64,000 nucleotides of DNA from the human T2T-CHM13v2.0 reference genome, Homo sapiens: NCBI RefSeq assembly GCF_009914755.1, contig NC_060934.1; one strand, written 5' to 3'. The stretch's first letter is position 1; each line of letters begins with the position of its first letter. Positions 1-14,045 of the stretch are shown here, piece by piece. The notes below the pieces were generated by a model, which was given only the letters and a program-made list of their open reading frames with translations, was not told the DNA's origin and searched no databases. The position numbers and the translations under genes are program-made.

Positions 1-186
1 TCTCAGTCTGCCAAGCAGCTGGGATTACAGGTACCCACCACTATGCCCGGTTAATTTTGTATTTTTAGTAGAGACAGGGTTTTGCCATGTTGGTCAGGTT
101 GATCTTGAACTGCTGACCTCAGGTGATCCACCCACCTCGGCCTCCCAAGGTGCTGGGATTACAGGTGTGAGCCAATGTGTCTGGCC
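1..186 (-). mobile_element. Alu SINE (AluS-like), cut by window start
   Basis: Reverse Alu motifs: gggattacagg, tttttagtagagacagggt, cctcccaaggtgctgggattacaggtgtgagcca...ggcc. Confidence 0.95.
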
Positions 187-322
187 AGACATTTTTATTT
201 TTACTTTTAAAAGTGAAAAAGAGAAAACAATTCAAATGTTCAATCAAAGAACAAATATATTGGGATTTACAAAACAATTGAATACTATGTAATACGTTAT
301 TAAAATGATAGCATAGATAGAG

Positions 323-523
323 CAGGGTTTAGCCCGCTGGCCAAATCCAATCTTCTGCCAGTTTCTGTAAATTCAGTTTTATTGGAATGCAGACATGCTC
401 CTTCACTTGCATATTGTCTATAGCTGCTTTTGCTGTATAACAGTTATAAAACAGTCTAAATGCCCCACAAAGCCTAAAATATTTACTATTAGGCCCTTTA
501 CAGCAAAAGTGTGCCCATCCCTG
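323..523 (+). mobile_element. MER58A-like hAT-Charlie MITE
   Basis: CAGGG...CCCTG termini; internal ttttattggaa and aagcctaaaatatttactat..ggccctttacag; degenerate 8-bp TSD agatagag/gcatagag. Confidence 0.85.
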
Positions 524-1587
524 GCATAGAGGAATAATTAATAATATGAAAAATTTTAACTATCAATTGGATATAGTTATCAAAATACATCAGAGTTTTT
601 GCTTTATATACCCAATAAATAAGAATAGTAAAACATTCAAAGTTTTGTTCTGTTAAGAGTAGAAACAGAGAATGATTGGCAGTGTGTATATTGTTGCTAT
701 GGAAACACACTGTAAACTTTGAAGATGCTATATATTTTACTAGATTAAATAATAAAGTCCCAGCAGTATGCCATTTTTAAAAATAGCACACACAGGATTT
801 GAAGGAATCCACTAATAGAATCAAGGGGTCATATATGTTTGACATTAAGGAAGTTTGACATTAAGCCAGTGTTAAAGTGTTAAAAATTATAAGGTAAATT
901 TGATATTTGTTTGACATGTAAGCCAATTTTAGATTAATAGACTCTCAGCACAGGCAGAAAATTTAAAAGCCATCCCAGTCAAGCACCTAGCGTATGCTTT
1001 TCTACTTACCATTATACCTGTAACAAATAGCTGTTGGATGTGGTTTGGATGCCTCAAAGTCTAGAAATTCATTCCTCCTGAGGCAAATCTGTTTTTGAAC
1101 AACTAATTTCTGAGAAGTTTTTTCTACTAATGAGAGAAAACTGTATCTTGGTTCTTCTTTTTGGTGAAGGCAAAACCACCAAATTCCTCTGAATTATTCA
1201 CTTCCATAATGCCTTGATGTGCTTTACTACTCATTGTAACAGGGAAATGCAGGAGGGCCATTTGGCCTTGAGCTCACTAGCCTTAAATGTAAACTTTGAC
1301 ATTATTTTAAATAATGTCACTGTAATTTTTTTTGTAAGAGTAAAGTGTTAATTTCTTAATACAGCACAAATAACCCATTTTTTATTACTATCATTTGCCA
1401 TTGATTAACTTTTAAACATACTGGGACCCAAAAAATTAAGAGGTTCAGGCCTTTCTAGTCTTTGGAGACCACTGCATATATAGACAGCATTATTGGAAGA
1501 GCATGGTAGTATCTATAGTGTACAAAAATATAATTTAGATACCTGAAAAAAAAACTTTCTTTTTTTTTAATATTGGAAGATAATTTA

Positions 1588-2100
1588 ATCATTCAACATA
1601 TTTGTACTGATTTCCTGTTGTGATTCCAGAAGTTGAGAATATAGCTATAAATAAGACAGGTAAAAATCCTTGTCCTTTTAGAGTTTACATTTTAGTGCTG
1701 AGAAACAGAATATAAACATATAAAAATAAGTAAAATAAATAATATAATTTAAAATATCAATAAAATTTACAAAGAAAATAAAAATGTGTAATGGAATAAA
1801 TAATTATCCGTTTAGATATTCAAGAAAGATCTTTCTGAAGAAGGAACATGTAAATGAGTCTGAATAAGAGAAGGTATTATCCTTGCAGTCCCTCAAGTTA
1901 GATATTTCTTCAAAAATACAAAGCTTGTCAGCAAGGGCAAAGGCCCGGAGGCACAAATGAGTTTTGCTTATTCAAGGGAGAACCAGAAAGAAGCCAGTAT
2001 ACCTGGTGAATGTTAATCAAGGAAGAAAATATTAGGATATGAAGATAGAGAAATAAGTGAATACCATTCTAAATGCAAGAAGACATTGGGAAGGAGAGGG
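1588..2100 (-). mobile_element. L2 LINE 3' fragment (appears to resume ~2755-2830 after the LTR)
   Basis: atcattcaacatattt...aataagacag...ccttgtcc..agagtttacattttagtg matches the reverse L2 3' end; gactagttaggag..atgctagtcc after the LTR. Confidence 0.65.
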
Positions 2101-2257
2101 AGAAGTATGCCTCACTCAAATTCTTTGGATACCCTCTGAAACCCTAATATATTTCTGTGCTTTTAGAGGACTTCATTTGCTCCAGGGATAAGACAGACTT
2201 CATACCACCTCCACATGAATGTTTTTTTGGATAAAAAAGAATTGGATTATAAGAGAC

Positions 2258-2742
2258 TGTGAAAGGAAAATAAAATATCAGGAACCCAAACTCACTATGC
2301 CAAGGGGAAAAGTCAGGCTTATGGGAACTGAGTCATGAAAATACTGCCTTCCTTTTATTTGCAAGCAGCTGCAATTTCACATGCTTGTTTGTCTTATGTA
2401 AAATGTAGATTTACTGAGTGCTAGATGAATACATAATTGACTTCTCCTCCACTCTTTTCTTTTCACAAGTAAAATGTACATTCATGCAGCACACATCAGA
2501 GCCACATGAGAATGTAAGCACTTGCCTCATTTCTTTACTCTCCCTCCTTTTATTTTTCTGTCCCCTCCATCTTGCTCTCTCCCCTTTAAATATTGAAGTT
2601 CCCAAAACCCTCTCTTTGGAAAACACACAGGACGCAGGTCCTACTGTGACTTGTGTTTATTTTCTCTGGGCACAGCCTCAACCTTGGCAAAAATCATCCT
2701 CTAAATCGATGGAGATCTGCCTCCATCACTTTTTGGTTTACA
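2258..2742 (+). mobile_element. ERV1 solo LTR, MER4 group (MER4C/MER4A-like)
   Basis: Starts TGTGAAAGGAAAATAAAA..ccaaactcactatgccaag..; ends ttggtttaCA; TG..CA termini. Confidence 0.8.
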
Positions 2743-3819
2743 GAACCTTTGAGCAAAAGCAGAAAGACTAGTTAGGAGATTGTTATGCTAGTCCCAGCAA
2801 AGTTGATGGTTTGACATGGATTAAAGTAGAAGCTATGCAGTGCCACGGACACACAGATTTATTGCATGCGAAGACCCAACTATTGATTAATTATTAAAGA
2901 CATTTTTATTCCTTGAGCAAATAAAATGTTTTAACAACACAGGAACAAACTGGGGAAATCAGAGTGTACTAAGAAGCGTCGGATGGCCAAGGGCACATTT
3001 TCAGTCCCCTTAGCAAACTTGTACCCTAGTAGTATCCGTTATTACTGGGCCATTGTTTAAAGGGTCCTATGATATTCATATTATCATCTTGGTGGGGGAC
3101 TGCCTTCTGTTATCATATCCTAGCTATTCAGATTACAGAAACTGACTCAGTTAATTTTCATATATGCTTTTAAATCAGCAGCAACTATATGCCACTTATT
3201 CAATGCTGGGTTTTTCCAGGTCTGTGGAAGTGATTCTCTGAATATATCCAAACTTCTGGAGCTAGTCACCCTTCATGATCTTTAAAAAGTTACAAAACAT
3301 AGTCAGTTTTGAGGATGAAACCATGTCAGAGTCTAACAAATGCTTAGTTCAATCAGAAGATGGTCTCTAAAACTTTTAAGACCTTCCCATATAAACTAGT
3401 GGTTATTACACGAGAACTTCCTCCAGTACACATTTGATGAGTTGATGCTAAACAGATAGATTCTAAATCAGGTCTCTCATATGAGAAGGTTTTCTGGGTA
3501 TTTTGCAGTCCCTCTGAATCATTTATCCAGTTAATGCTCAAATTATCCATTAACTGCTTTTATCTGAACAGGTTAATTCAGCTTTAACTTCTGCTTTAAA
3601 ACTTAAAAATTGAAACATTCATTCAAAGATGTCAGTTCACTCACAGTTTTTCCTTAATAATTAAACTTTCCAACTGATCAAAAAACTTGGTAAAAAAGTC
3701 TCCCTTTACAAATAAAAAGACAATATAGAGAAAAGCATGAAAGGAGTATGAGATGCCACATTGTTCCCTGTCCAGTCTTTAAACACATTGAAATATAATT
3801 CCTCAACTTACATCTATAA

Positions 3820-4260
3820 GCTCATTAAACATTATTTCTGGGCATGTCTGTGGAGGAGTTTCTGGAAAAGATTGGCAAATTAGCGGACTAAGCGAAGAAG
3901 ATCTGTCCTCATCAATGTAGGAGGGCATCACCCAATCCATTGAGGGCCTGCCAAGAACAAAATGCAGAGGAAGGGCACATTCTCCCTCTTCTTGAGATTG
4001 GGACATCAATTTTCTCCTGGCATTGGACATCTGCTCCTGTTTTAAGGCCTGAAGCTTCAGGCTAAATTACACCACTAGCTTTCTTGGATCTCCAGCTTGC
4101 AGGTGACAGATGTGGGATTTGGATTCCATAATCATGTGAAATAATTCCCATAACAGATTTCCTCTCATGTATCTATATCTATATCTATATCTATATCTAT
4201 ATTTATATCTATATCTATACATCCTGTTGGTTTGTTTGTCTGGAGAATCCTAATATAATA
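3820..4260 (+). mobile_element. MLT2 (ERVL) LTR
   Basis: aaacattatttctggg..gtctgtg, ggcatcacccaatccattgagggcctg, ctccagcttgcag, and the typical (TCTATA)n before ggagaatcctaa. Confidence 0.8.
4170..4222. repeat. (TCTATA)n hexanucleotide microsatellite inside MLT2
   Basis: tatctatatctatatctatatc... directly visible. Confidence 0.9.
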
Positions 4261-4319
4261 ACCTACCTTATAGGAATACAAATTTTAAAGTAAAACATTT
4301 AATCATATCTTTGATTAGT

Positions 4320-4405
4320 AAACTTCTGTAAATCCCAGTCTCCTCATCTGTAAAGTGAGGGTCAAAATAGTGCATGCTTTGCAATACTCTTGTGATCGTA
4401 AGCAC
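4320..4405 (+). mobile_element. MIR core fragment
   Basis: cagtctcctcatctgtaaagtgagg matches the MIR core. Confidence 0.55.
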
Positions 4406-4782
4406 ACCAAAAATATATTCTTTAATCTTTTATTTCATATATCTATATATCCTTTTCTTATTAAGTTTCTAAGCATTATAGGCCCCGTGCTATTAATAGT
4501 TATTTTTAAATATTTCACCACTTAACCCTTCAGAATCAACACAGCCTTAAGAGTGTTGTAGCCTTCAGAATCTGCCTAAATGAGGAAACAGATTTGTCCA
4601 AACTCTATGGCTGGTATGAGGGCTAAGTGGCATTCAAACCCAATAATTCACATTCAATGCCTAGGATTCTCTCTCCATTATACCACAATACCATCCTACA
4701 CAGTTAATCATCTTGGCTTCTTTTATGACTATAAAATACATATCAAGTAGAAATTTGGAAAAAGAATGATAGATTCAGAATG

Positions 4783-5320
4783 CACTCATTTATTCAACAT
4801 ATATTATTTCTACTATGTGAAATGCACTATTATAGTTGCTGAGGCTAAAGCAGCAAACCAAACAATATCCTTGATCTCATGGATATCTCATTGGAGTAAG
4901 GGAAGCAGCTATTTATATCCATAAGCCAGACTTGTGAATATATATGCAAACTAAGAAGACAGAGGAGGTTCTACTTAAATAGGTTTTATAGTAAAGACCT
5001 ATCTGAGAATATGATAATTCAGCACAGAGCTGAAGAATATTAAGAAGCCAGCCATGCAAATACCCAGGCCGTGGGAATGACTAGTGCTAAGGAGCTGAGA
5101 GAGCGATACTCTTGATGGATGCACTTGAGAGGCAACAGGAGGTCAGTGTACTGGAACTTGCTAAGTCAGTAGGAGAGTGAAAGAACTGAAGCCGGGTTCA
5201 AATCATGTAGGATATTGCACACCCCTATAAGGAAACTGGATTGTATTGAGTCTAAGGGGAAATCCCTGGTGGGTTAAAAACAGCCATAGTATGCATGCTA
5301 TGAATTTATATTTTAAAAAT
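4783..5320 (-). mobile_element. L2 LINE fragment
   Basis: cactcatttattcaacatat...ctactatgtg; gccagccatgcaaa..; cagatcatgtagg-like segment. Confidence 0.6.
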
Positions 5321-5409
5321 ACTTTTGCTCTGATTGAAATAAAATAACCCCCTTTTTTCCCTTCTGATTCTCAAGTACAATAAAAAGTGCAGAACATTTC
5401 TATAATGAG

Positions 5410-5630
5410 TACTATTTATTAAGCACTTACCATGCTCTTGGCTCTGACCTAAGTATTTTATACTGATTATCTAATTTAATCCTTATAAAAATATTGTGAT
5501 GTAGGGAGTATATTTACCCTCTGAGGATGAAGAAAGACAATTTCCTATAAGTTTACATGAGTAATAAAGAGGAGATTTGAAACTTGGATGAAGCCTTAAA
5601 TTTAAAGTCAAACTTTGACAACTATACCCA
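5410..5630 (-). mobile_element. MIR
   Basis: atttattaagcacttaccatg...ttatctaatttaatcctta...gaggatgaagaaa. Confidence 0.6.
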
Positions 5631-7182
5631 AATCATTTATACTGATAATTAGCACCTATGATCTCACATGTATCATGATAATAATATAATTTTGGTATTT
5701 AGCCAGGTGAAATAATGTATAAGTTGCCTTCATTTCTGCTGAGCTGTGGAATCTTAAATAACTTAATAAGGCACTGAAATGATGCAGCAGCTTCAAAGAT
5801 GAAGATTTGGTATTTCTAAGTGCAATTTTCCCCAGAATTTATCTCTCGCTTATTCTCTTCTGGCCCACACAGTTTGTCTTCTGAGATAGTATCAAATCAC
5901 CAACAAGCAGCAATTATGCTCTCACTTGGTTGCTCATAGGTAAATGAGCTCTGGATGTATGTTTACCTGGTGGGGTGAGGACAATGAATCAAGAAAACTG
6001 ACCCAGTCTCACCCTCACACTATCAGAGCATAACCAACCAAGCATAACAGGGAGGCTCTACTTGTGACCTCCTTTAGAAAAACCAATCACAGTTCAAAAT
6101 CTCTCAGAATAGATCATATATAAAAGACAACATAAGCACAGATACAAATAGCTACAAATAAGTTCTGTTTGAACCTAGTACAAAATGTAGAAGGTCGTTG
6201 CTGAGAATTATCGGAGAACATGGAAATAATTTTAACCTCTTGAAAGAGTGCTAACCATATAAATGTGATATAAGTGGTTAGTTTTAAAGAAAATATTGTC
6301 TCTCTTTCCTGATGTTAGTACCAAAAAAGAATTAACCTGTAGTATATGATGGTACGAAGTCCATCAGCCATGGGTTACTTATCTGCATGAATGTTCAACT
6401 TCATGAATTAAATATATTCTTAGATGAGATTTGTACAACTATTCAATGAGTTTAATGAGCACACAAACCCTGAAGACATTAGATAACAACTAGCAACATT
6501 AATTGGAACTTAAGTGAACTGTCTTTTGCCAAGAGCACAGTATTCTTAAATGGTCACGAGCCTGGCTGCCTCTCAAGCAACTTCTCTTCCATTTTTCAAG
6601 CCAGTAGTACACATACATCCCTATGTTCTTTATATTGCACTTTCATTTTCTGAAAGATCCTCGCAGGGACAATTAATAATGAAGGTTAATAAATAATACT
6701 AGTATTGTGAAAGTGAATATTACAAATATAAAGACTGCATTGCCTTGCAAATCTTGACAGGCAGGGGAAATGCCAGAGATTGATTAAAAACAAACAAAAA
6801 AAGTAATAGAGAAGTTCTTTCAAACTTTCAAATTTCAAATAAATTTTCAAATTTAAGTCTCAGGTCATCTACATATTCATATATGCACATAGGTATTCTG
6901 TCTAATGCAATGAAGACCATTAATTATATGTTGATAGTCACCTTTCTGTGGATTTAAAACAATTTTATTCAAATGAGCATCCCCTGTACCATCTCAGGCA
7001 TCAATTCCGCCATTTGTCAAATTGTGTTCACAAAATCCATGTAAACTTTTTCACTAGCCCAATCAAATTTCCTCCTGAAGATCCATCTAATGTAGTGCAT
7101 ATTGAACAGGAAATGTGTTAATGCATTCATAGCAAGTTGGAATTATTTTTGGAACACTCATGACCCATTTTCTCCTGACTAA

Positions 7183-7659
7183 TGTATTGATTTTCTGGGA
7201 CTGCCATAACAAATTATCACAAATTGGGTGGCTTAAAAGTACAGAAATGTATTCTCTCACAGTTCTGGAGGCTAGCAATCAGAAACCAATGTGTCGGCAG
7301 GGTTGGTTCCTTCTGAAGTTTCTGAGAGACATTCCTTTTATACTTCTCTCCTAGTTTTCTGGAGACTGCCAACATGCTTGGTGTTCTATGGCTTATGGCT
7401 GCATATCTAATCTTTGTTTCCCCTTTTATATAGTTTCTCCCTCTATTTCTCCTCTTCACTCTGTATTCACTTTTCATAGGGACATTTGTCATTAGATTTA
7501 GGGCCAACCTAGTTAATTCAGGATGACCTCATCTTGAAATCCTTAACTAATTATACCTGCAAAGAACCTTTGTCCAAGTACAGTCACATTCGCATTCACA
7601 GATACAAGGGGTTAGAACTCAGACATAAGTTTTGAGAGACCACAATTAAATGCACTGTA
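7183..7659 (-). mobile_element. MLT1 (MLT1C-like) MaLR solo LTR
   Basis: tgtatt..ctgccataacaaattatcacaaattgggtggcttaaa..ctcacagttctggaggctag..caggatgacctcatcttgaaatccttaac. Confidence 0.85.
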
Positions 7660-7892
7660 ATTAACAGAGTAACATCATTATAACTGATATACCAGCTCTA
7701 GGTAATTTCCTTTTAATAGTCTGTTCAAAGATTAGGAGGAAAACAAAAAAACCTCTTGCATTGAATGTTATGTGATACACAATGGTTTTATGACTACTTA
7801 TGACAGTTATGTTGGGATAAAAGCACTTTTCCAGCAGTGGCAAATTTCTTTTGACATGTTCTATAAGAAATAGCTGTATGTTTTATTTTGTT

Positions 7893-7901
7893 TATATATA
7901 T

Positions 7902-7949
<48 letters not shown>
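7893..7949. repeat. (TA)n(GA)n compound microsatellite
   Basis: Directly visible. Confidence 0.95.
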
Positions 7950-8214
7950 TGTGTCTAAATCTGCTAGTGTAATTTTTGTTGTTGTGCAAAAACATCTGTC
8001 AAAGTATCTGTAATCACCCAGAATATGTTTTTTGAAAGAAAAGAAGAATATGAACAAGGAATAACAACATAACCATGCCCAAGGATAACAATACATTATT
8101 GCTAAGCTGGAAATATGAATAGAAATGAAAATAATCAATGGTTTCCAGTAATCAGAGAATTCATTAGAGAAAGACAAACAGTAAGCCAAAAACATCTTTG
8201 TATTGGATACTTTT

Positions 8215-8720
8215 TGCAGTGGATATTTATTTTGTACCACTTTAAATCCTAGTGGCCTCACCTCTTATTCTATCCATTGCTCTGGCAACTAGCTTACATA
8301 CGCTTAGACAATTTTGGAGCCAGTGCATGCCCACTTCCTGCCTAGGGGTCCCTTTGATGTTCTGACTGATGGGTACCTCTGGGAATGATGTCAGCAATCA
8401 CTTATGAACAAGCTGGAATTGCTAGACAGTTAATGCTCCATGGGGCCGTGCTTGACCAATGGGGAACAGGAATCATGTAATAAAACTTTCTCCCCTTTTT
8501 TCATTGAGGAGATATTTCTGAGACACATTTTGAAAGCCCTCTAGAAATCTTCCAAGTCAAGCAACACATTGACTATAGCTGTGGCCAACTTGAAAACATA
8601 GCTTTGTATTGGCTCTTTCACTTCCCTAATCTCAGTCTTTTTCCCTGGCATCAAATTCTCAAATTTCTTAACAATAACTTTGACTCAGGTTTTGCATTCA
8701 GGGAAACCCAGACTAAGACA
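8215..8720 (+). mobile_element. LTR33-like ERVL LTR
   Basis: ccatgggg..ttgaccaatgggg..; 3' end gggaaacccagactaagaCA is typical of the LTR33/LTR16 group. Confidence 0.65.
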
Positions 8721-9134
8721 CTTACATTTATCTTTTTATGTAGCTTATGAAATGAGTTACATTACTTTAAAATCACTACCTGGTTATATATTAAAACAAA
8801 CCTAGATTTTCAAAATAATCAGCTTTTTTAGAAACCCATGTGCATAGATTTAAATAATAAAGTTTTATTCTAGCTCAATTTTGCCACAGAATATTTCATA
8901 AAAAGTGGCTATACTGTGCTATGTGAACAGAAGTTGTTCTAAGAAATTCAAGTTAAAATAATTAAAATATCCTTTTAATTAAATGCTTACTCTCTTCTTT
9001 ATCCAATTTTATATTGTTTGATTAGTTACATTAGTTTTTGTGTTATACATTTACTCTTGGATGACAGGAAAAGGAAATAAAATATGATAACAACTGTTAT
9101 ATTTTATAGTGTGAGAAAGTCTATTTATATCATA

Positions 9135-9360
9135 GTGATTCAATAAATATTTTGTAGTAGGTATTGTGCTAGGTATTGAGAGTGCAATGGTAAGAACGAT
9201 ACAGTTCCTGCTCTTAAGAAACAGTGTTGTACTGCAATCAATCAAGTAAACAAGACTCTATGAGTGCATGTGACTGTCAGCTAAACAGGATTTAGTGGTA
9301 CGATGACTATTTGATACAAACCATAGCCTTTAAACTGAGAGGTGAAAGTTCTGATGAACT
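9135..9360 (-). mobile_element. L2 fragment
   Basis: attcaataaatatt..gtattgtgctaggtattg..cagttcctgctct. Confidence 0.55.
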
Positions 9361-9370
9361 TAGTATTTTA

Positions 9371-9717
<347 letters not shown>

Positions 9718-11924
9718 CAACTTTCAACATACTCAAAGATAAGGTACTTAACCTGAGCTTTTAATTGTATTGAATTAAAAGGCTTAGGCATGGATTTTAA
9801 GAAAGATCACGGTCAGATTTCTTGTGTAAATCAGAGCCCAGTAGGAGAGATAAGACTTTGCATATTTAATTATTTTTGGGTTGATTTTTTTTTCTAATTC
9901 TTTAATTCTTTCTTCTTGCTTAATTACTTTTTTTGGCAACTTCTAACATTTAATTTCAAAAAGGATTATGCTTAGTAAAGTCTATCAGCACAGAATATGA
10001 TCTGAAGTTTAAAAACACCCATTAACTTCCCTACATTTCATTGCTTATGAAGACTTTTCCCCATTTTTTTCATTTTCTGTTTTATAATAACCTTATTACT
10101 TTTACCATGTAGTCATTTTGCTGCATAAAATTTAACTAATTCCCATCATAATTGAGTATATTTTTTCCCTTATGAGCTTGATATATATTTAATCTTTTAT
10201 TTAAAATAATTATTAGAACGGTTTTGTTTTTCTAAGATTTTCACATTTTCTAATTTGAAAATTGATATCTCCTTGATATTTCTTCTGTAGTACTATAATT
10301 TTAAAGAAACTTGTATCTTTTAACAGGTCTATGCATATCCACAGGATGAGAATAGAAGCTTGAATACTTCTGGTCTTTCTCTTATGGACAAGGGAAAAGG
10401 AAAAGCTAATTTAATTGTTAACATCCTATGATTAAGCCTCAGTGGCAGAAAACTACTTCCTCTTTGACCTACCAATGCTCACATTTTCCTCTGGTCTTTG
10501 TCTAGCATTCTGTCTGTGTCTCTTTCTCCTTTTCCTTTCTCCCTTTTTCCTTTCCTCACTCCCTCCTAGCTTCTTTGACCAGAAGCAAGAAATCAAGTCA
10601 GCCTTTGCTACAAGCTGTCTCCCTGTTAATGTCAGAAGAAGTAAAATTTACAAGTTTGACTCCAGGCCTAAGCCATGTTCTACAAGTCAATTTTTCTCCA
10701 GACAAATCTGCATTGGGATATATTAAGCAAGTTTTTATCCTATGTAGCTTCAGTTTTTTGAATATATTCTTTATTTGACAGAAATCTAAAGAGGATAAGA
10801 CATAGGCCCTCAATATCTAATACAGTATGATTAAAAAAGTAGTTTCATTAATTTGAGAAAAGTAACCTGCAGTGAATAAAAAACTTTTTTTTGAATGTTT
10901 CTTCCATGCCTATACCTGTGCTATGCATAGTGGAATTAGCAAAACTTATGACATAATCCAAAACCTGAGGTTTATAATCCCATTTGTAAAGTCAAGGCAT
11001 ACACCACTGGAATGACAAAAGAATATGAAGGTTGATGCTGAACTGGAATTAGGGGAAGTTTCTCACTATAGTGAAGTTTCTGCTGGGCCTTGGAAAAAAA
11101 AATCTTGATGTGTAAAAGGATAATTAGGTTGGAAAACTGGCACGACTTTCGTTTAAAATGCAAATGAACTTTCTCTTTCAAAAGAAAGTTTGACTTTGAA
11201 ATATTAAGTATGTAAGATATCACAAAAAGAAATATATGAAATATTATTGGCCTTTTCCATTGGCTAACACTTAATTGACTCTTTGGGGAAAATATTTTAA
11301 GTTAATGTTAAGAAGTCAACTCCACTATTTTTGCATGCATCAGACATTTCCAATCAAATGACATTAATTAATCATGAACTTGTTAAAATTATTCTAGAAA
11401 TGTAATATAGTACAGAATATTCTTTAAGAATGTTAATTGTGCAATATCTTAAAGAAAATTAAGGATAGAAAAGTCTCACCATTTAATGTTTTCTCTAGTG
11501 AAAAGCAAATATGAAATTATTACCTAATTTTCTGGGTCACTGTATAATCTATCTGTCTCTAAAGATCAGTTATTTATATTGAGGAAATAAATATTTTTTA
11601 TCTCAAAAATAATAATCAACATGGATTAAGTGGTAGAAAAAGTTCTATTAATATTTCCCCTGTGTTATAAGACATTGTGTGATAACTAAAAGTAGGTTGT
11701 ATGAACCCCACCTGAATTAATACAAGATTAGGCCAAATAATTGCTTTCCTGTTTGTCAATTTTCTTTATTAGAAGAGTATTTGGGGTCACAAAGGAATTT
11801 AAAAAACGAAGAGTACAAGTTACTCTTCTTTTCAAGGATAAATTGGCTTTGCTGAATGTTTTCATACAAGAGCAAATGTTCTTCATTATTTCTCTTAATA
11901 TATAAATTTTTTCTAGCATTTTGG

Positions 11925-12095
11925 AGGTCTTTGACTTTGGCGACACATTAAAATCACATGGAGAGATTGTAAATTGAATATCCAAGGTGCACCCTAGACC
12001 AATTAAATCAGGATCTCTGCACGTAGGACCAAGGCATCACTACTTTTTGAAGTTCCCCAGTGAGTCTAATATGCATCCAAATTTGAAGACTACTC
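11925..12095. mobile_element. MER5A-like hAT MITE
   Basis: attaaaatcacatggagag..ccctagaccaattaaatcag..tctct..ttccccagtga.tctaat.tgca.ccaa. Confidence 0.7.
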
Positions 12096-12485
12096 CTTTG
12101 CGAATACAAGGCCTCCCTCGCTGACCAGTATTTTAGGACAGGAGTTCTCAACAGTGTCTCTTAGCGTGTTTTTAATATTATAGATGCTTTTCGATCTTAC
12201 CCTAAAATAGCACATAAACATTTTATACATATGTGGGATAACCATTAAAAATAAGTATAAACCAATCACTCTTCTAGAGATACATATAAAAAAGGTCATC
12301 TCCTCTCAATGGAAACAAAGATTTTCTGTATTATTGAGAAGCAATTTACATAGTTTAATTTCTTGTATGCGCTGAGGACACTGTTTTCTCTAAGCCACCT
12401 ACATCAGAGATTGGTTTTCCTCCCCTAAATCTGTGAACCTTCAAAGGTGGAAATACACTAATGTGGTTACAAAAGTGGGCTTCAC

Positions 12486-13057
12486 TGTGAGATACACCTT
12501 GATTAGTATGACCTTCATATTCCCTTCAGCATGCCTAAACTTTAGACAAATTTCTTTCTGTTGGCTCTGACCTTCTTTTTTCTTAGAGCATTTACTTTAG
12601 AAAACACAATTGTCCATTCTTTCTTTGCCCTTTTGTAATATATGTAAATCTTCTCCCAGACTCTTGACTGTCTTAGAACCACAGAAACGTCTTTTTCGAG
12701 GGCCTGGTACTCATTTTCCTGAAATAAAAAACAATTGAACAAGACAGCACCCCTGTTTCCCAGTCTCTGTGGGAGGATAGGAGCCTAATTTCTTTGGGCA
12801 CCAATTAGCAAATGGAGATCACAGAGAAAAATATTTGCAACTCAGGAACAACTAAATATGCTCAACACATCCCATTTTTCTACCTCTGCCTCCCTTCCCT
12901 AAATATCTCCAGTACTTTTCCACTATTTCATCCCAGCATTTAAAATGCTCCTACTTTTTTTGCCAGGGAAGTTTAGTCTCTCGCCCTTATTGCAATAGTC
13001 TTAAACAAAGTCTTTCTTGCCTGTTGAACTTTGTTCAGTGCAATTTTTACTTTGATA
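12486..13057 (+). mobile_element. ERV1 solo LTR (MER67-like) inserted into a MIR
   Basis: ttcttagagcatttactttagaaaac, cccagtctctgtgggagg.taggagcctaa, ttattgcaatagtctt; MIR-like sequence on both sides. Confidence 0.7.
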
Positions 13058-13059
13058 AC

Positions 13060-13220
13060 CCGCATTTCATACCTACCCTGTCACTTACTAGTAGTGAGAC
13101 CAATGAGCAAAGTGTTTCAACTCTCTAAACCTTCTCCAGTAAAAAAAAAAAAAAAATACTCGTCACCTCATAGGACTGTTCTGAGAATAAATTGTATAAA
13201 TTAATGTTCTTAACAGTTTG
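13060..13220 (+). mobile_element. MIR (3' part; 5' piece ~12462-12485)
   Basis: ctgtcacttactagtagtgagacc..ctctctaaacct..acctcataggactgttctgagaataaa. Confidence 0.6.
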
Positions 13221-13594
13221 GTTAAGGTCATGGAATCCTCACAATCCAAGGCAAGTAAAGGCAAGAAGATTCAAAATCTGGGTGTTATTTTCAGAAGAAG
13301 AAAAATGAAGCATTGGCAGACAAAAATAGCGTATAATTAGCTGTTATTAATGTTTTTACTACTATATTATTATTATTACTGCCAATGGGGAGCAGTTATT
13401 TCCCCAAGCTGAATAATACCGCTCCTATCACAAGGTTTCGCTACTTTAAGTTAATCATTTAACCATATGTACAAGAGACATCATAAAGCCAACTATAAAT
13501 GGCTTTCTAGCTATCTAAGGCTCTAATACATTGCAGCAAGTAGTTCAAAAATTCAAAGTGACTGAAGATCCAGTTGCATTTTTTGGTTCGATAA

Positions 13595-14045
<451 letters not shown>

